Notes: generated by a model from the letters alone, not told the origin. Counted from the stretch's first letter, positions 1 to 10,026 are shown. The stretch: 46,206 nt of DNA from Thermoplasmatota archaeon (GCA_029259115.1 JAPDJO010000033.1:1-46206), one strand, 5' to 3'. Numbers and translations are program-made.

Positions 1-2
1 AG

Positions 3-620
3 AGAGGATTCTTCACATGCTCCTCTTACAAAGAGTACAAGGAAAAATCAGAGAAACTCATCAGGCAGGGAGTTATAACCAAGGAAGACCTCGAAAAAGC
101 AAGGATAGAGAGGTACATCATAGGGCCGGTATTCAACCTGGACTTCTTCTATTCTCCAATAGAGGAAAAAGGTAGCAAGCTCGAACTCCTTGGAATAGAC
201 TGGAGATTCGAAACCAGCTTGGATGGTCACGTTAGATTGCCAGCGCCGCAGCAGTTAAGTCTACCCGAACACCAGATGATTCCTGAATACACAGTATGTG
301 GCCATAACTCAGCGACACTCAGAGAATCTCTTCTTGAAAAGGCATTCAAACTCGGAGAAACCTTTGTCAAGGCAACATGGGAACACTACGAGTACGGAAT
401 CATCGGTCCATTCTGCCTGCAGACATGCGTGGATAAGGATCTCAACTTCTACATCTACGACGTTGCTCCAAGAGTTGGCGGAGGAACAAATGTGCACATG
501 TTTGTTGGGCACCCCTATGGAAACACACTCTGGAGAAAACCGATGAGCACAGGGAGAAGAGTAGCAATGGAAATCAGGAGAGCAATTGAGATGGATAGGT
601 TAAAAGAAATAGTCAGTTAA
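3..620 (+). CDS. Formate--phosphoribosylaminoimidazolecarboxamide ligase (PurP)-family ATP-grasp protein, 5'-partial
   Basis: The frame is open from base 3 (RGFFTCSSYKEY...LELLGIDWRFETSLDG). C-terminal motifs GHNSATLRESLLE, GPFCLQT, DVAPRVGGGTN and PMSTGRRVAMEI are typical of PurP and its paralogs. Confidence 0.85.
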   Translation, partial: RGFFTCSSYKEYKEKSEKLIRQGVITKEDLEKARIERYIIGPVFNLDFFYSPIEEKGSKLELLGIDWRFETSLDGHVRLPAPQQLSLPEHQMIPEYTVCGHNSATLRESLLEKAFKLGETFVKATWEHYEYGIIGPFCLQTCVDKDLNFYIYDVAPRVGGGTNVHMFVGHPYGNTLWRKPMSTGRRVAMEIRRAIEMDRLKEIVS

Positions 621-621
621 G

Positions 622-2031
622 TTGAATCGATTGCGAATTCAGATGATGTCAATGATGCACAAGTTGAAGATCCTAATCATCTTGACTCTTCTTATTTTTC
701 CGGTGGTTACAGTCCCTTCTATGGAGATGAATGGGGGAATTGTAGCAAACTGGACTGTAATGTACTATATTTGTGGTGAAAAGGGCGACATGGATATATA
801 CGCCGATCTGTTGATAGAAAATCTCTCAAGAATTGGATCTGGTCCAAACTTTAACCTGGTTGCTTTATTTGATGGACCCGGATATAATGATTCGGCAATA
901 CTCTATTTTGACAAAAATGGACGTACGATAAGACTGAATGATGTTCTGGGTTGGCCATCAGAGGTGGATATGAGTAGCAGTATAACATTTGAAATGTTTT
1001 GTAAAAACATCATGCTAACTTTCCCTTCTAAATATTACGCTTTTGTAACATTTGCAACTGGAGGTACAGGATGGAAATGGTATGCTTTTAATGATATGGA
1101 GGGTGGAGGTTTAAATCTTTCAGATTTTGCAGAATCTCTTAAGAGAATAACATGTGATGGTAGTAGAAAATTGGATGTTCTTTTTACATCCTGTTGTATG
1201 AGTTCTATAGAACTCTCCTACGAGATATGCCCCTACGTTAGATACCTGGTAACAACTCAGGAACACATCGCCGGTTACGATCTTGTAAAAAGATATTACC
1301 AACCGATATGGGCACTCAAAAATAACAGTTATTTAAGTCCAGAAGACTTTGCCAAACTCTCGGTAGAAATTTACGAACCAATCACTTTCGAATACTTCAC
1401 ATCGTACGGCTACAAGATATCTCCCTTGACAAAGATGCTAAACAAACTTCCTTTTCGAGGACTCCACACCGTTGTTATGAATTCCTCCGCAGTAGCTATA
1501 AACTTGAGTAGAGTGTCGTCTCTGGTCAGGGAAGTGGATAATTTGTCCATTTTCTTGATTCTGTACGCACATGACGAGAAGATGAGAGATGAAGTAAAAT
1601 TAGCGAGAGATGAAGCAAAGGAATTCGGCAAAGCCTGGCCAAAACTGTGGGAGAATACCTTACTCAAAATCGTTTACGCACGTTTTCCGATTTATATGCT
1701 GTCATATAACTGCAGGATAGATTTGTACGATTTTGTACGCAGATTGAAAGAATACTCGGATAACGGGAAGTTGAGAGAAATCTGTGAGGGCGTGATGAAT
1801 AAGATAAATTCATCAGTTATTTTGATAAAGAGGATCGATGGGGACATATCCTATGGATTCAATATATTTTTTCCGGAGACCGACGTCATGTATAAAATAC
1901 ACTCGACCCATAATGGAGACCCTATCAGCAGATATGAAGACTTAAGGTTTTCAAAAGATATAAGATGGGATGAGTTTCTCAGAATTTATCTATCGCATAA
2001 GACCATTCTTACACAATGTCCTAGAGATTGA
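622..2031 (+). CDS. Clostripain-related (peptidase C11-like) secreted protein, possibly inactive
   Basis: Hydrophobic N-terminal signal; WTVMYYICGE and LDVLFTSCCMSSIELSYEI resemble the C11 motifs; IDLYDFV near the C-terminus. The true start may be a later ATG (about 643-655). Confidence 0.7.
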   Translation: MNRLRIQMMSMMHKLKILIILTLLIFPVVTVPSMEMNGGIVANWTVMYYICGEKGDMDIYADLLIENLSRIGSGPNFNLVALFDGPGYNDSAILYFDKNGRTIRLNDVLGWPSEVDMSSSITFEMFCKNIMLTFPSKYYAFVTFATGGTGWKWYAFNDMEGGGLNLSDFAESLKRITCDGSRKLDVLFTSCCMSSIELSYEICPYVRYLVTTQEHIAGYDLVKRYYQPIWALKNNSYLSPEDFAKLSVEIYEPITFEYFTSYGYKISPLTKMLNKLPFRGLHTVVMNSSAVAINLSRVSSLVREVDNLSIFLILYAHDEKMRDEVKLARDEAKEFGKAWPKLWENTLLKIVYARFPIYMLSYNCRIDLYDFVRRLKEYSDNGKLREICEGVMNKINSSVILIKRIDGDISYGFNIFFPETDVMYKIHSTHNGDPISRYEDLRFSKDIRWDEFLRIYLSHKTILTQCPRD

Positions 2032-2089
2032 CCCTTATCTTGTGTGCATAGCGAAATGAATAAGTACGATGCAGAATACTTCATCATCC

Positions 2090-2494
2090 ATGCCAAAGAG
2101 GTTAATAGTCAAAGACGTTGAGAAATGTGTAGGTTGCGGGTTATGCATGTATGCCTGCTCGAGAATGCATGGTGAGATAGGTAACGATTACTCTGGAATA
2201 CTGCCTGTAAGTTTGAGTGGTTTTGAGAGAGGAGCAACCGTTATACTGTGCAGAGCATGTGAAGATCCCCCATGTGCCCAGGTATGCCCAACCGGTGCCC
2301 TCACTCCAAGAGAGGGTGGAGGTGTCAGGTACAGAGAGGATCTCTGTATAGGTTGTAAGAACTGCATAAAGGCATGCACGATCGGAGCGATATTCGAGAG
2401 AACCAACGGTAAACCTGCTGTATGTATTCATTGCGGATACTGTGCAGACTTCTGCCCCCACGGTGTACTAAGTTTCGAGGAGGTGAAAAGGTGA
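2090..2494 (+). CDS. 4Fe-4S polyferredoxin subunit associated with AOR
   Basis: Four Cys clusters (CVGCGLC..C, CRACEDPPC..CP, CIGCKNC..C, CIHCGYC..CP). The stop overlaps the AOR start (GTGA). Start placed at ATG 2090; ATG 2069 is an alternative. Confidence 0.9.
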   Translation: MPKRLIVKDVEKCVGCGLCMYACSRMHGEIGNDYSGILPVSLSGFERGATVILCRACEDPPCAQVCPTGALTPREGGGVRYREDLCIGCKNCIKACTIGAIFERTNGKPAVCIHCGYCADFCPHGVLSFEEVKR

Positions 2495-4230
2495 GGAGCA
2501 AGGTCTTGAAGATAGACCTCACCACCTACAGATATGAGATTGAGGACAGGAAAGATTTATTTGAGGAATGGATCGGAGGCACCGGAGTTGCGATACAGTT
2601 ACTGAGAGAAGAGATGAACCCACATGTCGATCCTCTCGGTGAGGAGAATGTCATAGTGTTTGCAGTTGGTCCTTTCACACCAGCATATCCCCTTGCATCA
2701 AAGACCGTAGCCATGTTCAAGAGTCCGCTGACCAACAACCTGGGAGAAAGTCATGCCGGAGGCAGAACTGCATGCGCAATAGCCAATGCTGGATATGGAG
2801 CCATTGTGATCAAAGGCAGGAGTGTAAAACCGGTATATGTTGTGGTAAACAACGATAAGGTCTATTTCAGGGATGCTAGGGTGATATGGGGAATAACCGA
2901 CTCTCTGATTGTCGGAAGGATCATCGCTGAGAAGGAGGGTGGAAGGGGAGTAAGAACAGTCATGAGAATCGGCGGCGCCGGCGAGAGAATGGTGAGATAC
3001 GCATGTGTAACTACAGAGACCTACAGACATTTTGGGAGACTCGGTCTTGGTGCGGTATTTGGAAGCAAGAATCTCAAAGCATTTGTCGTGATCGGAAAGG
3101 GTAGTTATAGAGCAAAGGATATGAAGACGTACAGAGAGGTGTACAGCAGGATATATGATCTCGCCGTCAAATCGGATGCGATGAAGAAATACCATCTCAT
3201 AGGAACTCCAGTGAACATAAAACCGCTGAATGAAATCGGTGCCTTGCCCACTAGAAATCTCCAGTCGTCAAGATTTGAGGATGCCGAGGAGATAAGTGGA
3301 GAGGCAATAGCAGAGCATAATCTTGGTAGAAGAATTGCCTGCAGTCATTGCCCCGTTGCGTGCATACATGTCTTCACCCTTCGTATACCCTATGAAAATG
3401 AACCCTACTTCTACAAGACGGTCATGATATCCTATGATTATGAGCCGATTTATGCTCTCGGTTCAATGCTGGGAATAGGCAACAGAGAAGACCTTCTCAG
3501 ATTACTGCACAGGGTTGAGATATATGGTTTAGATGCAATGAGCACAGGCGTATGTCTTGCATGGGCAACAGAGGCGATGGAGAAAGGATTGATAGGAGAG
3601 AGCGAAACTTTACTTCCTCTCAGGTTCGGAGATGCCAACACTTACATAAAAGCAGTTGATCACATAGTCAAACAACCCAATGATTTTTACAGGGCTCTGG
3701 CACAGGGCGTTGATAAAGCGTCTGAGATCTACGGAGGAAAGGAATTTGCTCTGTCCTTTGGTGGAAACGAGATGCCGGGTTATCATGCGGGATATGCCAC
3801 TCACATAGGTTATCTCATTGGGTTAAGACACAGCCATCTCGATAATGCTGGTTACTCTCTCGACCAGAAGATGAAAGAAGTGCCTGAACCTGAGCAGGTG
3901 GTGGATAAACTTGTCAGCGAAGAAAAGTGGAGACAGGTTTTATCGAGTCTGGTCATATGCTTCTTTGCAAGAAATATCTACAAACCCGATATCGTGGTAG
4001 ACGCATTCAGGGCTCTCGGCAGAGAGATAACGAAAGATGAACTGATGGAAAAGGGAAATAAAATATACATGGAAAAGCTGAAATTGAAAATGGAGATGGG
4101 CTTTGACTGGAAGAAACTTCGAATACCTGATAGAATATTCGAAACAGATACTCCTCATGGTATGCTGAGAAGAGATTATATCGAAAGGGCATTGAATTAC
4201 TACAGGGAGAAATACATGGATGCAATCTGA
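2491..4230 (+). CDS. Aldehyde:ferredoxin oxidoreductase (tungsten AOR/WOR family)
   Basis: KSPLTNNLGESHAGG, GRLGLGAVFGSKNLKA, CSHCPVAC, YEPIYALG and GLDAMSTG motifs. GTG start at 2491 preceded by GGAGGTG. Confidence 0.92.
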   Translation: MRSKVLKIDLTTYRYEIEDRKDLFEEWIGGTGVAIQLLREEMNPHVDPLGEENVIVFAVGPFTPAYPLASKTVAMFKSPLTNNLGESHAGGRTACAIANAGYGAIVIKGRSVKPVYVVVNNDKVYFRDARVIWGITDSLIVGRIIAEKEGGRGVRTVMRIGGAGERMVRYACVTTETYRHFGRLGLGAVFGSKNLKAFVVIGKGSYRAKDMKTYREVYSRIYDLAVKSDAMKKYHLIGTPVNIKPLNEIGALPTRNLQSSRFEDAEEISGEAIAEHNLGRRIACSHCPVACIHVFTLRIPYENEPYFYKTVMISYDYEPIYALGSMLGIGNREDLLRLLHRVEIYGLDAMSTGVCLAWATEAMEKGLIGESETLLPLRFGDANTYIKAVDHIVKQPNDFYRALAQGVDKASEIYGGKEFALSFGGNEMPGYHAGYATHIGYLIGLRHSHLDNAGYSLDQKMKEVPEPEQVVDKLVSEEKWRQVLSSLVICFFARNIYKPDIVVDAFRALGREITKDELMEKGNKIYMEKLKLKMEMGFDWKKLRIPDRIFETDTPHGMLRRDYIERALNYYREKYMDAI

Positions 4231-4233
4231 CGT

Positions 4234-5406
4234 TTATCTCCTTTCTCTGTATTTTTTGATTGCCAGCATAATCACTGGCAGGATTATGAAAGCCATCATA
4301 TCTCCAGTGTCTCCGGCAAAAGCCAGAACATCTGCGAAATTCTTGATGCCGGCAAGATAAACAACTAATGGAGGTATGGTCGTTAGACTCCATGCTATCG
4401 ATTTCTTCAGTTTGAGAAATTCTTTACTGTTGCTCTGCTGGGCAAGACCTATTCCTATGTAACTTGTGGTTATAGCCAAGAGAGGTATTATGTTTCCCAC
4501 GATTTTTCCAAGTCTTCCATAGAGAATTTCCAGACCCTGAGTTGCTATCTGCGGAGTGTTTCTACCAAAAACCAGCAAGAAAGATATCATGAAGATTGCA
4601 TAAATGATCGTTGGTATCAGAAAGGCGAGAATAACAACGTTTCTCGTCTTTTTATAATCTCCTATGCCTCTATAGATATCAGGTATTATGGTGTGACATC
4701 CAAGTGCAAATATTGCAACACCAGTCATTGAAAGTATACCGCCCAGCTCTGCATACATGGCATTTTCTGGTTTCGCGTATGGAAAGAGTGAAGCCGTGAT
4801 GCCTATAAAAAGAACAAGCATGAGGAAACTCATGATGAGTTCTGTCTTCCCGCTTGCTTCCAGTCCAAGGTAGATCACGGCGGATGCAAGTAACCAGAAT
4901 ATGACAGCGCCTATGGTTTCATTTACCCCAAGCAGACTTGAGAATACACTACCCATTCCCGCGATATACGCAAGCATCGCACCGAAGCCCATTATCAGAA
5001 TGCTCAGATACATTATCCATCCACCAGCGTTCCCGAGAAGTTTCTGCGCCATGGTACTCATCTGGGCTCCTCTCATCTCCGCGGAGAGTTTTAGGACAAT
5101 GAGAGCGGTGAACATCAGAAATACCATGACACCTAGCAGGATGAGAAAAGCGGGAATCATACCAACTCTGGATGCTGCATATGGTAAACCCAATATGCCG
5201 GCGCCCACCTGTGTACCAATAAGTATTGCAAGTCCCTCCCATGGAGTGATTACAGGTTTGAATACCTTTATGGTGGATAATCTAAATTTGACAATCTTGG
5301 TTTGCTCTCGTATCAACTGGAGTAAAATCTTCTTTCTTCTCAACCTTCTCGCAAGTCTCTTTTTCCTTGCATAATAGTCTCTCAGAGAGACTGATTTTTC
5401 GCTCAT
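4234..5406 (-). CDS. Aromatic amino-acid/H+ permease family transporter (APC superfamily)
   Basis: GTQVGAGILGLPY TM1 motif, about 11 hydrophobic segments, LAITTSYIGIG. It has a basic N-terminal extension. Confidence 0.85.
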   Translation of the reverse strand: MSEKSVSLRDYYARKKRLARRLRRKKILLQLIREQTKIVKFRLSTIKVFKPVITPWEGLAILIGTQVGAGILGLPYAASRVGMIPAFLILLGVMVFLMFTALIVLKLSAEMRGAQMSTMAQKLLGNAGGWIMYLSILIMGFGAMLAYIAGMGSVFSSLLGVNETIGAVIFWLLASAVIYLGLEASGKTELIMSFLMLVLFIGITASLFPYAKPENAMYAELGGILSMTGVAIFALGCHTIIPDIYRGIGDYKKTRNVVILAFLIPTIIYAIFMISFLLVFGRNTPQIATQGLEILYGRLGKIVGNIIPLLAITTSYIGIGLAQQSNSKEFLKLKKSIAWSLTTIPPLVVYLAGIKNFADVLAFAGDTGDMMAFIILPVIMLAIKKYRERR

Positions 5407-5433
5407 GCTACCTTGTTAATTCTGGCTCTGTTT

Positions 5434-5679
5434 TTAGTCATCTGCAGACTCTATGACTATAGCGGTTGTTGTATCTATAACACCATCTATTCTGTAGATG
5501 TCAGATACGATCCTTCTTGTCAGCTCTTTTAGATCTGGAGCCTCTATTCTAACGATGGCATCGTAAGGTCCTGTAACACCCTTTGCTTCTTTAACCTCTG
5601 GTATCTTCTTCTTTATCTCTTTGAGTACCTTTTCGACTTTGTCCACCTCCACTGTTAGCAGAACGAAAGCTTCTATCAT
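5434..5679 (-). CDS. Stand-alone Lrp/AsnC ligand-binding (RAM) domain protein
   Basis: 81 aa with VTGPYDAIV and IDGVIDTTT RAM-domain motifs; no HTH domain. Confidence 0.88.
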   Translation of the reverse strand: MIEAFVLLTVEVDKVEKVLKEIKKKIPEVKEAKGVTGPYDAIVRIEAPDLKELTRRIVSDIYRIDGVIDTTTAIVIESADD

Positions 5680-5713
5680 AGTATCAGCTGTGGATTTGAT
5701 GCAAAATCATGAC

Positions 5714-6289
5714 TTAAATCTTTCTGCAAAGCAAAACTCTTTTCTCACTTACTATCATATCAACAGGTACATCATTTTTATCTTCAGAAATCCGATCCAC
5801 GATCTGAAAATCATACGCAATACCTATCTTCAGAGCATTTACACCTCTCAAGAATCTATCGTAGAATCCCTTTCCATAACCTATTCTATAACCTCTCAAG
5901 TCGAAGGCGATACCAGGGACAATAATGACATCAATATCTCCTCTGTAGATTTTCTTGTTCTGTGGTTCAAGAATACCAAATGCACCTCTTTCCAAATCAT
6001 CTAGATTTTCGATCTCCACCGGATAAATCATGTCACTTTCCAAACTGGTATAAGGAACCAGAACCTTTTTATTGTTTAGAGAGTCTATGATCATCTCTCT
6101 GGTCTCAACCTCGTTATCATGGGCGATGTAAAACATTATTACCTTACAAGATCTATACTCGGGTAGATCAAACAACCTTTCCTTAATTTCTCTGCTCATT
6201 TCGAGAACCTTTTCTCTACTTAGAGATCTTCTGATGCGTAACAATCTTTTCCTGATTTCATCCTTACTTTCCACAACCGTAATATACAT
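5714..6289 (-). CDS. 5-formyltetrahydrofolate cyclo-ligase
   Basis: KDEIRK, NEVET, GILEP and VPGIAFDLRGYRIGYGKGFYDRFL motifs. The start could be GTG at 6274. Confidence 0.93.
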   Translation of the reverse strand: MYITVVESKDEIRKRLLRIRRSLSREKVLEMSREIKERLFDLPEYRSCKVIMFYIAHDNEVETREMIIDSLNNKKVLVPYTSLESDMIYPVEIENLDDLERGAFGILEPQNKKIYRGDIDVIIVPGIAFDLRGYRIGYGKGFYDRFLRGVNALKIGIAYDFQIVDRISEDKNDVPVDMIVSEKRVLLCRKI

Positions 6290-6317
6290 CTCAGATATAA
6301 CAAGGTTTGTTGATCAG

Positions 6318-7220
6318 ATGTCTTCGATCGGGAGAGGATATGGGAAGATAATTCTCTTCAATGAACATTTCGTCGTGTATGGAATACCAGCAATAGCATC
6401 AGCAATAGATAGATACGTTGAAGTGAAGATAACAGATAGCGAGGAATTAGAAATATTTGATGAAAGGTTGAAAAGGGCAAACGATAAGATTGAGATGAAA
6501 ATTCTGAATATAATCTCATCTAAGATCGGTGTGGATCTATCAAAAAACCCAATAAAGATTGAAATAAAAGGGGATTTACCTCTTGGAAGCGGTCTTGGGG
6601 CGAGCGCAGCAACATGTGTAGCACTATCGAGAGCCTTATCAAATCATTTTAATCTGAATCTGAGGGATGAAGAGATCAACGAGCTGGCATACTATGGAGA
6701 AAAGATTTTTCATGGTACTCCATCGGGCATAGATAACACGGTTTCTACCTTTGGTGGAGTGATATGGTTTGAAAGAGAGAAAAACATAGAGAGAATTACC
6801 CTAGGAAAACCTCTCTATATAGTCATAGGAAATACCGGAATACCATCATCAACCAAAAAGGCTGTTGAAAAGGTTAGAAAAAGGAGGGAAAGGGAGAGAG
6901 AAAGATTTGATGAGATTTTTGAGGAAGCCAGAAGTCTAGCCTATGATTCCAGAAGATATCTGGAGATGGGAGATCTAGACAAGATTGGAGAATGCATGAC
7001 CAAAAACCATGCCTTGCTCAAGGAAATCGGTGTTTCCTGTAAGGAGCTGGATATGCTGGTAGAGCTATCTCTCAAGAGTGGCGCCCTCGGTGCAAAGTTA
7101 ACAGGAGGTGGTCTTGGAGGCAACATGATAGCTCTCGTTAAAGATGAAAAGGATCAAGATATTATAGCAAGAGAGTTTGAAAAGAGGGGTTTTAAATCCA
7201 TGAAGGTGAAGGTGGGATAG
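6318..7220 (+). CDS. mvk: Mevalonate kinase
   Basis: GKIILFNEHFVVYG, PLGSGLGASAA (GHMP motif), HGTPSGIDN and KLTGGGLGG. ATG at 6318. Confidence 0.92.
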   Translation: MSSIGRGYGKIILFNEHFVVYGIPAIASAIDRYVEVKITDSEELEIFDERLKRANDKIEMKILNIISSKIGVDLSKNPIKIEIKGDLPLGSGLGASAATCVALSRALSNHFNLNLRDEEINELAYYGEKIFHGTPSGIDNTVSTFGGVIWFEREKNIERITLGKPLYIVIGNTGIPSSTKKAVEKVRKRRERERERFDEIFEEARSLAYDSRRYLEMGDLDKIGECMTKNHALLKEIGVSCKELDMLVELSLKSGALGAKLTGGGLGGNMIALVKDEKDQDIIAREFEKRGFKSMKVKVG

Positions 7221-7221
7221 A

Positions 7222-8463
7222 ATGCTATTCAGGGATTTTGTTGAGGAATTGGACAAGAGGGAGATGATTGTTAAAATAGACAGAGAAGTTAATTCAGATC
7301 TTGAAGTCACTCAGATCATTAGATCTCAAGGGGAGAGACCTGTTCTTTTTACCAATATAAAGGGTAGCGATATCAAACTCATATCTAATGTCTGCTCCTC
7401 GAGAAAATTACTATCGATAGGTCTTGGTATAGAGGAAAAAGATCTACTCAGGGCAATAATAAAATCTATAGAGAATCCTTCTACGCCAGAAATAAAAAAC
7501 GACTTCGAATACAATGAAATTGACCCCAATCTAAACCTTCTCCCCATACCCAAATTCTACTCCTCAGATGGGGGTAAGTATATAACTGCTGGAGTTGCAG
7601 TAATAGAAGATAAGGAATATGGATTAAACGCATCTTATCATAGAGCGATGGTCATAGGCAAGGATAGAATAGTTTTGAGAGTTCTACCGAGAGACTTCCA
7701 TAAATATATAGAAAGAGGAAATAAGAGGTTTGCATTCTGCATAGGCAATCCCATATCTGTAATCATAGCAGCAGCGATATCCGTAGAGATCGAGAAAAGT
7801 GAGCTAGACATAGCTAATACTCTTTACCCCATAAATCTCATAGATTTTGATGGAGTCCTCGCTCCAGAAGCAGAGATAGTAATGATATGTGAAATTACAG
7901 GTGAAGAGGAGAAAGAAGGACCGTTTGTTGATATAACCCAAACATTAGATATAGTCAGGAAGCAACCAGTAGCAAGAATCGAGAGGATTTACATAAAGAA
8001 AGATCCTCTATTTCATGCGATACTTCCTGCAGGATATGAGCATAGGCTTATAATGGGTATGCCAAGGGAAGCTACTATTTATAGAGAAGTAGCAAAGGTG
8101 TGCGATGTGATCGATGTATCCCTATCTATTGGAGGATGCTCTTGGCTTCATGGCATAGTGAAGATAAGGAAAAGAAAAGAGGATGATGGAAAGAAGGCTA
8201 TAGAGGCTGCATTTAGGGGGCATAGATCGATGAAGCATGTTTTTGTTGTAGACGATGATATCGATATCTATGACCCTCACCAAGTAGAGTGGGCAATGGC
8301 TACACGCTTTCAGGGAAGTAAGGATATGATTATGAAACGAGAGAAAGGATCATCTCTTGATCCATCTGCCAATCCAATAACAAGAGAAACAACAAAGATA
8401 GGATTTGATCTTACCATTCCTTTTGATAGAGATAAAAAATTCTTTGAAAGGGTAGAGAAGTGA
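7222..8463 (+). CDS. UbiD-family decarboxylase, probable anhydromevalonate-phosphate decarboxylase
   Basis: NASYHR, EGPFVD, VVDDDIDIYD and SSLDPS UbiD motifs. It lies between mvk and the AcnX subunits. Confidence 0.85.
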   Translation: MLFRDFVEELDKREMIVKIDREVNSDLEVTQIIRSQGERPVLFTNIKGSDIKLISNVCSSRKLLSIGLGIEEKDLLRAIIKSIENPSTPEIKNDFEYNEIDPNLNLLPIPKFYSSDGGKYITAGVAVIEDKEYGLNASYHRAMVIGKDRIVLRVLPRDFHKYIERGNKRFAFCIGNPISVIIAAAISVEIEKSELDIANTLYPINLIDFDGVLAPEAEIVMICEITGEEEKEGPFVDITQTLDIVRKQPVARIERIYIKKDPLFHAILPAGYEHRLIMGMPREATIYREVAKVCDVIDVSLSIGGCSWLHGIVKIRKRKEDDGKKAIEAAFRGHRSMKHVFVVDDDIDIYDPHQVEWAMATRFQGSKDMIMKREKGSSLDPSANPITRETTKIGFDLTIPFDRDKKFFERVEK

Positions 8464-8467
8464 TAGG

Positions 8468-9649
8468 ATGTATCTAACAAGAGAGGAAGAAAAGATACTG
8501 GATGGCGAATATGGAGAAGTAAAGGAAAAGATGTTCAGGATTCTAGTAACAATTGGAGACATATACGATGCTGACAGAATGATAGAGATATCATCAACGC
8601 AGATATCTGGGGTTTCTTACAAGTCTATAGGAGATTTTGGTCTTGAGTTTTTGGAAGATCTAGCAGATAAAGGTGCAGAAGTCTCCGTGCCTTCTTATCT
8701 CAATCCAGCAGGTATAGATACAAAGATATGGAGAGAACTTGGTTTTCCAGAAGATTTTGCAGAAAAGCAGATGAGAATAATCAACGCCTTCAAAAAGATG
8801 GGAGTATACACAACATTAACATGCACTCCTTATCTCATAGGAAATCTTCCTAGATTTAGCGAGCATATAGCATGGGCCGAGTCTTCTGCGGTATCCTTTG
8901 CTAATTCTGTTATTGGAGCGAGAACAAATAGAGAAAGCGGAATATCTGCATTAGCATCAGCTATATGCGGAGTTACTCCAAATTATGGTTTGCATATAAA
9001 GGAAAACAGAAAGCCAGATATACTGATAGAGGTGGATGCAGACTTGAAAGACATATCTGATTTTGGAGTTTTGGGTTACGTCTTGGGTAAAATGATCAAA
9101 AATAGAATACCTTACATAAGAGGCGTAAAATCAGCAAACGTTGATCAGCTTAAAGCTCTAGGGGCTGCGATGGCTGCGACTGGATCAATAGCCTTGTATC
9201 ATATAGAGGGGATAACTCCCGAGGCCGATGATTTTGATATAAGAGGTCTGGAGAGGTTAAAATTAGATGAGAGAGATGTTCGAGAGGTTAGGGAAAGGTT
9301 TTCCAGAGAGGAGATAGATGCTGTCATGATTGGCTGTCCCCATGCCTCTCTGAACGAGATAAGAGAGATATCGGAGATTGTTAAAGGTAAAAGATTAAAG
9401 AAAACGCTGTGGATTTTCACCTCTAGGTTTACCAAGGAGTTGTCCTATGAACTTGGCTATGGAAAGATAATAGAGGGATCTGGAGGGAAAATAGTATCAG
9501 ATACATGTATGGTTGTCTCCCCAATAGAGAGTATGGGATTTAGAGTCATTGGAGTGAATTCTGGAAAGGCTGCAAATTATTTGCCAACGCTTTGCAAATG
9601 TAAGGTAGTACTTGGAAGCATTAAGGAATTGATAGAGATGATAACATGA
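8468..9649 (+). CDS. Aconitase X catalytic subunit, probable phosphomevalonate dehydratase large subunit
   Basis: MYLTREEE start, TCTPY, WAESSAV, GARTNRE, GCPHAS, DTCMVVSP and NSGKAANY motifs. Confidence 0.9.
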   Translation: MYLTREEEKILDGEYGEVKEKMFRILVTIGDIYDADRMIEISSTQISGVSYKSIGDFGLEFLEDLADKGAEVSVPSYLNPAGIDTKIWRELGFPEDFAEKQMRIINAFKKMGVYTTLTCTPYLIGNLPRFSEHIAWAESSAVSFANSVIGARTNRESGISALASAICGVTPNYGLHIKENRKPDILIEVDADLKDISDFGVLGYVLGKMIKNRIPYIRGVKSANVDQLKALGAAMAATGSIALYHIEGITPEADDFDIRGLERLKLDERDVREVRERFSREEIDAVMIGCPHASLNEIREISEIVKGKRLKKTLWIFTSRFTKELSYELGYGKIIEGSGGKIVSDTCMVVSPIESMGFRVIGVNSGKAANYLPTLCKCKVVLGSIKELIEMIT

Positions 9650-10026
9650 AAGGCAAGATCATATATCCGGGTAAGGTAAAGGGAAAAGCCATCGTATCCC
9701 CAGAGCCCATAGGATTCTATGGAGGGGTTGATGTTCAAACAGGTGAGATTATAGAAAGTGGACATCCATTGGAAGGAAGGAGCATCAAGGGGAAAATCCT
9801 TGTCTTTCCTCATGGAAAAGGATCCACGGTTGGTTCTTACATAATATATGGCCTCAAAAAGCTGGGAAATGCTCCCTTAGCGATAGTTACTAAAAATATA
9901 GATACTGTAACAGCCGTTGGTGTTATAATCTCTGAGATTCCTTGTATTGATAGGGTAGATATTAAAAAGATCAGGGATGGAGATATCATAGAGGTTGATG
10001 CAGAAAAGGGAGAAGTTATACTATAG
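9646..10026 (+). CDS. Aconitase X swivel subunit (DUF126), probable phosphomevalonate dehydratase small subunit
   Basis: GKILVFPHGKGSTVGSY motif; ATGA overlap with the large subunit. Confidence 0.9.
   Translation: MKGKIIYPGKVKGKAIVSPEPIGFYGGVDVQTGEIIESGHPLEGRSIKGKILVFPHGKGSTVGSYIIYGLKKLGNAPLAIVTKNIDTVTAVGVIISEIPCIDRVDIKKIRDGDIIEVDAEKGEVIL

Noticed and set aside
4901-6004. Antisense/shadow ORFs in the track (e.g. 4901-5374, 5621-6004 and many similar)
   Set aside because: They overlap well-supported genes on the opposite strand and have no recognisable motifs.
7222-9649. Aromatic-acid decarboxylase or TCA aconitase roles for UbiD and AcnX
   Set aside because: Tight coupling to mvk favours the archaeal mevalonate pathway.
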